DNA of 59,393 nucleotides from a plasmid: sequence record NC_011409.1; one strand, 5' to 3'. Shown piece by piece: positions 53,491 to 59,393 of this stretch (position 1 is its first letter; each line of letters starts with the position of its first letter). The notes under the pieces were generated by a model. It saw only the letters and a program-made list of their open reading frames with translations, ran no database searches and was not told where the DNA came from. The position numbers and the translations under genes were made by a program.

Positions 53491-54189
53491 ATGTATGAGT
53501 CTATTTTTATGGGTGTACAAAAAAAAATGAAATATTGGTCCAAAATGCCGAGTAGATGGGTTATTGACGGTGGTCTAAAAAAATTTAGATACTCATCTAA
53601 TAACCAAAATCAAATGAATGCAGCAAATATTGCTGCATTAATGACATTTTTAATTATCGTAAGTAAGGCACAAAAAGATGAATTTAATGATGAGTTAATA
53701 ACAAATTTGACTTATAAAGAATTTTCAGAGAGTCTAGGCATTAGTAGGCAATCTATAAGCATGGGGTTAAAAGTATTGGAATCCAATAATATTATTTCAA
53801 TTAAGAGAATTGGAAGAACAAACCAATATATAGTGAATCAAAATGAAGATAAAACGTGGTGTAAAATCCCAATTCATGAGCTAGAAGGCATATTTTGTAG
53901 AAGCTTCTCGTTGCGTTCACAAATTGAATTGTATGCACTAAAATTATTTATTTATTTTTCTGCAATAAGAGATAAAAAGTTTAAGTATTCAATGGCATCT
54001 TATCTCAAGATAACTGAAAAAACAGGAATTCCAAAAGGGTTTATAAAAAAGACATTATCATTCATGCTGGTAAATGAACTACTCAGCAGAGTTGATAGAG
54101 GATACGATAACGTTAATGGAGAGAAGGTTAATTTACCTAACCAATATTACCTAAAAAATTATAATGAACTGATATATTCTAATAGATAA
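53491..54189 (+). CDS. Putative replication-initiator / wHTH DNA-binding protein (Rep-like, tentative)
   Basis: 232 aa. Central winged-helix-like segment (..LTYKEFSESLGISRQSISMGLKVLESNNIISIKRIGRTNQY..). Followed 200 bp downstream by 10 perfect 13-bp tandem repeats. Preceded by a very AT-rich ~300 bp stretch. Confidence 0.45.
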   Translation: MYESIFMGVQKKMKYWSKMPSRWVIDGGLKKFRYSSNNQNQMNAANIAALMTFLIIVSKAQKDEFNDELITNLTYKEFSESLGISRQSISMGLKVLESNNIISIKRIGRTNQYIVNQNEDKTWCKIPIHELEGIFCRSFSLRSQIELYALKLFIYFSAIRDKKFKYSMASYLKITEKTGIPKGFIKKTLSFMLVNELLSRVDRGYDNVNGEKVNLPNQYYLKNYNELIYSNR

Positions 54190-54395
54190 AATGATGGGGA
54201 GCTAAGCTCCCCATTGTTTCATTATTTTTCTAGCCGCTGCCTAGAACTCCCTCTACTTGCTCATTATAAGCTGGCCGAAGTTGCACTCTGCGGGTCCCTG
54301 CTATGTTTTATGACCGAGGGGACATTTGCCCTGTCAATCTAATCTCTTAGATGTGCTTAATGTTAAGTATTTACTAATTAAATGTCAATCTAATT

Positions 54396-54525
54396 TTAAC
54401 TCTTATGATTAACTCTTATGATTAACTCTTATGATTAACTCTTATGATTAACTCTTATGATTAACTCTTATGATTAACTCTTATGATTAACTCTTATGAT
54501 TAACTCTTATGATTAACTCTTATGA
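54396..54525. repeat. Iteron-like array: 10 perfect tandem copies of TTAACTCTTATGA (13 bp), plus a degenerate 11th
   Basis: Perfect head-to-tail copies with no spacers. A period of 13 bp, unusual (iterons are usually 17-22 bp), is not a helical multiple. Confidence 0.9.
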
Positions 54526-54556
54526 TTAATTACAATGGCTAATCGTTACTTAAAAC

Positions 54557-55260
54557 TCATTTAATCGGTGCAAATAATGTAACTGCTGAGATCATTTCAA
54601 CTTGTTTGCAATATTGTCTAATCACTGCTGCCGCGCTTTCAAATGTTGTTCCTGAAGAAGATATATCGTCAACGAGTAATACATGTTTCGCATCAGCTGG
54701 TAATTTTACATGATCCCACAAAAAATATGTAAGTAGCATCTATTCTTCGGTGCTATGTCTTTTATTGATAATCCCCCTTCGCTTCTCTTTAATGCAGTAA
54801 TTAAGGACTGTTTTTTATCTGGGGGAATTGTGTTATCACTTATAACATCCTCAATCAATGTTTTAGGCGTTTTTTTCCTGAGAAAATTATCAATAATATT
54901 TATGTTAAATTTTTTCTGTAATAAACAAGCTAAATCACGCCCAATACTATGTTTAGATGGCATGAGTATGATCACATCAAATGGTTGTTCGATATGTTCT
55001 TCAAATGGATATTCATCAATCAGCTTTTTAGCGTATTCATATACAGCATTGATAGTTTCAATATCTGTTGTTAACCCTTCAGCTCCTTTCATGGCATACA
55101 ACATAGGGCAATTATCACCGATAGGTCTGCATTTCCCTCTTCGTTCTTTATAACGCCTAATTATAGAGTATATAGTTATTTCTCCATTATGTTTTAACAT
55201 TGTTTCTTTGCTAGGGTAAGAAGCTATAACAACCCGGTTATCTTTAATTTCAAACTTCAT
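54557..55260 (-). pseudogene. Phosphoribosyltransferase (PRTase)-domain protein, ComF-like architecture, split by a frameshift
   Basis: C-terminal ORF (54557..54739) carries the PRPP-binding motif VLLVDDISSSGTTFESAAAVI. The N-terminal 184-aa ORF (54706..55260) overlaps it out of frame at a T6 run (catattttttgtggg, ~54717-54722). Confidence 0.6.
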
Positions 55261-55319
55261 ATTTTTCTTCTTTTTTTGTAATTCTTATTATTGTAGCAAA
55301 AAAAACAAAAGGTTAAAGG

Positions 55320-55382
55320 AATCCCTAACGGGATTAAGGGTAATGTAATAAAGGTAACCTTTCCAAGGGAAAGGTCTTACCT
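55320..55382. promoter_or_regulatory. Cluster of inverted repeats upstream of traI (candidate oriT/nic region)
   Basis: AATCCC-taac-GGGATT (55320-55335). aggtaaCCTTTCC-aa-GGGAAAGGtcttacct (55352-55382). Located 115-180 bp upstream of the relaxase start. Confidence 0.35.
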
Positions 55383-55496
55383 GAAAAGGCCAAAAGGCTT
55401 TCAAAATGGCTTTAATATTTATCTCCGATTTAGAATTATTTATTTATTGAGATCGATGCATAAATCAATATTCTTTTACAAAAAAGGTTCTGAGTT

Positions 55497-57404
55497 ATGC
55501 TTTCATCTATTTTTCATAAAATCAGAGGGAAAAAACAAGATTCCCTTAATATCACATCCTCTCTAAAAAATCTCAATTCATCAACATTCAAAGTGGATGA
55601 TGAGGGATGGATAACCCCCTTTACTGCGTCAGAATTACTCAATTCTGAATTACGCCAAAAATACTTAAATTTACTTTGGCAACAAGTATCAATGACGCAA
55701 GATATGTTTAATGAGCTCTATAAAAAACCTATTGAACGTTATGCTGAAATGGTTCAATTATTACCAGCATCTGAGGCCCATCATCATAGCCATTTAGGTG
55801 GAATGTTAGATCATGGTCTAGAAGTCCTTTCATTTGCGACAAAACTCCGGCAAAGCTATGTATTACCTCAGAATGCTGCCCCTGAAGAACAATCACGGCA
55901 ACGAGATGCTTGGACTGCTGCAGTTATTTATGCAGCACTTGTGCATGATATAGGTAAAGTTATTGTCGATATAGAAATTCAGTTGAAAGATGGTTCGCGT
56001 TGGTTTCCTTGGCTAGGGATACCAACGCTGCCTTATAAATTCAAATACATTAAAGGGCGTGATTATGAGCTTCATCCAGTAATGGGGAGTTATCTTGCTA
56101 GCTATTTAATACCTAAAGAGGCATTTGAATGGTTGGCTGGATATCCTGAAGCTTTTGCCTCTTTAATGTATGCCATGGCTAACCATAAGGATAAATCTGG
56201 TTTATTGTCAGAAATTGTACAAAAAGCGGACCAAAACAGCGTAACTCTCGCTTTAGGCGGTGATGTATCAAAACTGGTTCAAAAACCTGGAACTTCATTT
56301 GCGAAGCAAATTGTTATGGCATTACGTTATTTACTGGAACATAAATTTAAAATTAATACTCCAAAAGGTCCATCTGACGGTTGGTTAACAGAAGATGCAC
56401 TATGGTTAATGAGCAAACCAACAGCAGATCAAATTCGTGCTTATCTTTTAGAACAGGGAATTTCAGCTCCAGCAGATAATCCTAAACTATTTAGTGAAAT
56501 GCAATCCTTAGGGATTATTGAAAGTACGAATGATGGTACTGCAATTTGGCATTGTAGAATTAAAGCTGACTCCGGTTGGTGTCCGCCTAAAGCATTTTCT
56601 CTACTCAGAATAAAGCCCGAAGTAGCCTGGGAAAATTTAGCTGATAGACCTAGCGTATTTTTAGGTCGAGTTGATATTGAAGCTGAAGAAATATCAAATA
56701 CAAAGATAGAGGAATCGGTATCTAATACAAATGCAGGAATAGACAATATTGATAGTGAAAATACTTCTATATCTATTTCGTTTGATAACATTTCTGAACT
56801 AAAACCAATAGAAACGGAACAAGTTCAAAAAAATGAAGATATGATGGACTTGATGATGGATTTATTCTCGCCAACAGAGAAAACACTGATTCCAGCTGAT
56901 GAAAAAGAAAACAAAGAAGACGTGATTCAAAATAATCAAGTTGCAAAAGGTCTTCAAAATTCTGATGTTCCTCCCGATACTTCTACATCTAGAGATAGTA
57001 AAACCATCTCTGGTGAATCATTTGTAGAATGGTTAAAAGCCGGCATTCTAGGGAATACGCTCACAATTAATAATTCAAGTGCCAAATTACACATTGTACA
57101 AGGAAAGTTATTTTTAGTTACTCCAGGAATATTCCAGATGTATTTTAATAGTAAAGGTATTGCTAACTTTACCAAAAAAGATATAGAAAGTTTGCAATAC
57201 AGCTTTCAAGATCTTAAATTACACAAGAAATACCATCAGTCGAATAAAGACAGTGTAAATTTTTGGCGCTGCAAAGTTGTTGGTCCAAGAAAAACGTCTC
57301 AGTTGATTGGGTATTTGGTTGATAAAACCGATTATTTTTTCGGTAGTAAAATTCCAATTGATAATTTGCATTTATCGCTTATTGAGGAGAATTACAATGA
57401 ATAG
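55497..57404 (+). CDS. traI: MOBH-family conjugative relaxase (TraI, HD-domain type)
   Basis: Signature ..EAHHHSHLGGMLDHGLEV.. and ..ALVHDIGK.., the HD-hydrolase motifs characteristic of MOBH relaxases of ICEs and IncH plasmids. Confidence 0.8.
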   Translation: MLSSIFHKIRGKKQDSLNITSSLKNLNSSTFKVDDEGWITPFTASELLNSELRQKYLNLLWQQVSMTQDMFNELYKKPIERYAEMVQLLPASEAHHHSHLGGMLDHGLEVLSFATKLRQSYVLPQNAAPEEQSRQRDAWTAAVIYAALVHDIGKVIVDIEIQLKDGSRWFPWLGIPTLPYKFKYIKGRDYELHPVMGSYLASYLIPKEAFEWLAGYPEAFASLMYAMANHKDKSGLLSEIVQKADQNSVTLALGGDVSKLVQKPGTSFAKQIVMALRYLLEHKFKINTPKGPSDGWLTEDALWLMSKPTADQIRAYLLEQGISAPADNPKLFSEMQSLGIIESTNDGTAIWHCRIKADSGWCPPKAFSLLRIKPEVAWENLADRPSVFLGRVDIEAEEISNTKIEESVSNTNAGIDNIDSENTSISISFDNISELKPIETEQVQKNEDMMDLMMDLFSPTEKTLIPADEKENKEDVIQNNQVAKGLQNSDVPPDTSTSRDSKTISGESFVEWLKAGILGNTLTINNSSAKLHIVQGKLFLVTPGIFQMYFNSKGIANFTKKDIESLQYSFQDLKLHKKYHQSNKDSVNFWRCKVVGPRKTSQLIGYLVDKTDYFFGSKIPIDNLHLSLIEENYNE

Positions 57405-57494
57405 ACTTACATTTGATATGTTACTTGATAAATTTTTTTATACCGTCACCTGCGTATAGATACAATAAAGAGTTATGAAAAAGCAGTTAGACAA

Positions 57495-58307
57495 TTGCAA
57501 CATAACTGTAATTTAAAATATCCAGATGAAGTATCAAAATTATTGATACTTCAATGGCGTAAAGCAGTTGTTGGTAAATCAATTATTGAAGTAACTTGGA
57601 ATAGTTATGTTCGCCAGCTAAAAACCATCTTCAAATTTGGCATTGAAAACCAGTTTCTTCCGTTCACAAAAAATCCTTTTGATGGTTTATTTATTAGGGA
57701 GGGAAAACGGAAAAGAAAGGTCTACAGCCCTTCTGATTTAGATAGGTTAAGTTTTGGTATTAAAGAATCAAAATATCTCCCCGCAATACTTCGTCCGTTA
57801 TGGTTCACTAGGGCTCTAATAATGACATTTCGTTATACGGCAATTCGCCGCTCTCAATTAAATAAACTGAGAATCAGGGATATAGACTTGCTAAATCAGG
57901 TTATTCATATTTCACCAGAAATAAACAAGAACCATGAATATCACATACTTCCGATTTCTCACACACTTTATCCATACCTTGATAATCTATTAAACGAGTT
58001 GAAAAAAATGAAACAATCGGCAGATGCTCAGCTTTTTAATATAAATCTTTTTTCAAAAGCGGTTAAACGTAGAGGGAAAGAAATGACAGCAGATCAGATA
58101 AGTTATTTGTTCAAGGTTATATCAAAGCATACAGGGGTGAATAGTTCACCCCATAGATTTAGACATACAGCTGCAACCAACTTAATGAAGAACCCAGAAA
58201 ATTTATATGTTGTAAAACAACTTCTAGGGCATAAAGATATTAAGGTTACTTTGTCATATATTGAAAGTGATATAAGCTCTCTTAGAAAACATATTGATTG
58301 TTTATAA
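57495..58307 (+). CDS. int: Tyrosine site-specific recombinase (ICE integrase, short Xer-like form)
   Basis: Catalytic motifs: box I Arg in ..TAIRRSQL.., HRFRHTAA (H-x-x-R), LLGH, and the nucleophile Tyr in ..VTLSYIE. The frame opens only at 57432, with no in-frame ATG; the track uses TTG at 57495. Confidence 0.7.
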   Translation: MQHNCNLKYPDEVSKLLILQWRKAVVGKSIIEVTWNSYVRQLKTIFKFGIENQFLPFTKNPFDGLFIREGKRKRKVYSPSDLDRLSFGIKESKYLPAILRPLWFTRALIMTFRYTAIRRSQLNKLRIRDIDLLNQVIHISPEINKNHEYHILPISHTLYPYLDNLLNELKKMKQSADAQLFNINLFSKAVKRRGKEMTADQISYLFKVISKHTGVNSSPHRFRHTAATNLMKNPENLYVVKQLLGHKDIKVTLSYIESDISSLRKHIDCL

Positions 58308-59078
58308 CCATGAAAGTTTATGAGGTACTTTCGGACTTTTTTCGCTATAGTTATACATAGATCTCATATCATTTATACACTTCTTAACTAGCATTCCAGC
58401 TTTCCCATAGGATAATGGAGTTCCTTTGTTATCATTAACAATGACTATATGAAACATATAATATAATAAATTAAAGCGATAACATGATGGGAAATCTGGG
58501 TGTATGTGAGGTTTAAGTATTGAGAATACTCCATGAGGAGTTAGATCAACGAATACTTTTAGATGTTTGAGCGGAATATCATTAAGCAAAAAATCTTTCA
58601 TTTCATTAAGAATATGCTTAGGAAACTTGATACTTTGATACATAGGCCAAGTTAAAGCACCTCTCCATAGAATGCTAATAACAAAGTACAAAAGCTTTTT
58701 CTCCCCCTCTTGATTAAGAGAATAAAAAGAATTTTTTCCTTGATATTTAGAAGCAATATCTTTTAGAAGAGGGGGAGCGTCATCATATAATAGTTCAGTT
58801 CCCATATTAATTTTATCTAGTACCTCTCTTTGAGGGAATGCATTTTGTGAAAAAAATCTTTCTCCATTTTCTGAAAAACGAGCTTCGCATTCACCGCAAA
58901 GTCTGTGGCTAGTTATTTGTTTAGATAAGGGGATCAATTTCCCACTTTCATTTTTTATCGTAATGTTTGTATCAGCCTTTTTAGTGTTATTCAAAACTTT
59001 GTAAACAAATTTTGGAATAAAATGACTATCTCTTAATGTAGTATATTTTCCGCACAAAGCACATGTTTTATGATTCAT
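58302..59078 (-). CDS. Hypothetical Cys-rich protein (zinc-ribbon / HNH-like, tentative)
   Basis: N-terminal C-x2-C...H-F-IPK and a second ..HRLCGECEARF.. reminiscent of His-Me finger/HNH proteins. Its 5' end and promoter are tandemly duplicated. Confidence 0.45.
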   Translation of the reverse strand: MNHKTCALCGKYTTLRDSHFIPKFVYKVLNNTKKADTNITIKNESGKLIPLSKQITSHRLCGECEARFSENGERFFSQNAFPQREVLDKINMGTELLYDDAPPLLKDIASKYQGKNSFYSLNQEGEKKLLYFVISILWRGALTWPMYQSIKFPKHILNEMKDFLLNDIPLKHLKVFVDLTPHGVFSILKPHIHPDFPSCYRFNLLYYMFHIVIVNDNKGTPLSYGKAGMLVKKCINDMRSMYNYSEKSPKVPHKLSWL

Positions 59079-59306
59079 ATAGTTTCCTCCTTGGAGATTG
59101 ATAAATAATTTTCAGAATAAAACATTCAGGCTTTACAAACTAGTATTTTTTATGTAAGATCTCACTTGTCTTTAATGGAGTATATTTTCTGCATAAATCA
59201 CATGTTTTATCATTCATATAGTTTCCTCCTTAGAGATTGATAAATAATTTTCAGAATAAAACATTCAGGCTTTACAAACTAGTATTTTTTATGTAAGATC
59301 TTACTT
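59032..59306. repeat. Tandem duplication (2 x ~137 bp) spanning the promoter, RBS and first ~15 codons of gene 58302..59078
   Basis: Copy 1 at 59032-59168 and copy 2 at 59169-59306, ~90% identical. The second copy retains the RBS and an ATG but ends after ~23 codons. Confidence 0.85.
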
Positions 59307-59393
59307 GTCCACATAGCGTTAGTGGATCGATCGTAGTGTATTGGCTAGGTACACGAAATTGATCAGAAAATATAGTTTTAATTTTAATGATGT

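Noticed and set aside
53227..53530. ORFs 53227..53421 (-) and 53261..53530 (+) in the AT-rich tract upstream of the Rep-like gene
   Set aside because: Low-complexity (I/L/K/Y-rich) translations of ~20% GC DNA and mutually overlapping. More likely an AT-rich origin or promoter region than genes.
54396..54525. Possible CRISPR array (regular short repeats)
   Set aside because: The 13-bp units are directly abutting with no spacers. No cas genes are present and the repeat is too short. Interpreted as iterons.
54557..55260. Retron-type defence system with a PRTase effector
   Set aside because: No reverse transcriptase gene and no msr/msd-like structured ncRNA adjacent. A PRTase alone does not support a retron call.

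Overview
The window reads as a complete ~59.4 kb integrative conjugative element (ICE) of the Pasteurellaceae ICEHin1056 / genomic-island T4SS ('tfc') family. I am recognising this from memory of gene order, motifs and element length; it is not a database hit. It looks like the circular (attP) form cut open at the att site. The 3' ~65 nt of a tRNA-Leu(UAA) sit at positions 1-65. The two window ends share inverted and direct repeats. A tyrosine recombinase gene lies just inside the other end.

Backbone, in order:
- parA, dnaB-like helicase and a ParB-nuclease-domain gene, followed by hypothetical genes.
- ssb, a lipoprotein gene, topB (topoisomerase III), then small genes including a RadC-like JAB protein.
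- A ~21 kb T4SS cluster (27.8-48.4 kb) with the TraD coupling protein and the VirB4/TraC ATPase; an ArdC-like antirestriction gene follows at ~50.0 kb.
- A MOBH-type relaxase TraI (55.5-57.4 kb), then the recombinase.

Three higher-GC resistance insertions interrupt the AT-rich backbone:
- A 12 kb Tn10 derivative at 14613-26637 with a perfect 9-bp target duplication CACTTTGAT. It splits an ICE gene. It carries jem ORFs, tetR(B) with a 1-bp frameshift, tetA(B), tetC and tetD. Its IS10-left is truncated by a secondary insertion: IS5-family IS (intact), catA2, IS30-family IS, and an inverted IS5-family IS whose transposase is frameshifted.
- A Tn2/Tn3 remnant (IRR, blaTEM-1b, tnpR, res) that truncates the ArdC-like gene and ends exactly at the res site I crossover.

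Features not explained by ordinary annotation:
- Three copies of a ~100-140 nt conserved element with compensatory hairpin changes, a candidate ncRNA or single-strand promoter, flanking the ssb/topB module and preceding small-gene operons.
- A palindrome array (AGTTCC-N-GGAACT x4) inside a CDS, next to ~36-bp tandem repeats.
- A CCCWTAKGGG-type palindrome family upstream of consecutive small genes.
- A Rep-like gene followed by 10 perfect 13-bp iterons.
- A frameshifted phosphoribosyltransferase-domain gene.
- A 137-bp tandem duplication at the 5' end of the last gene.

No CRISPR array and no rRNA genes were seen.
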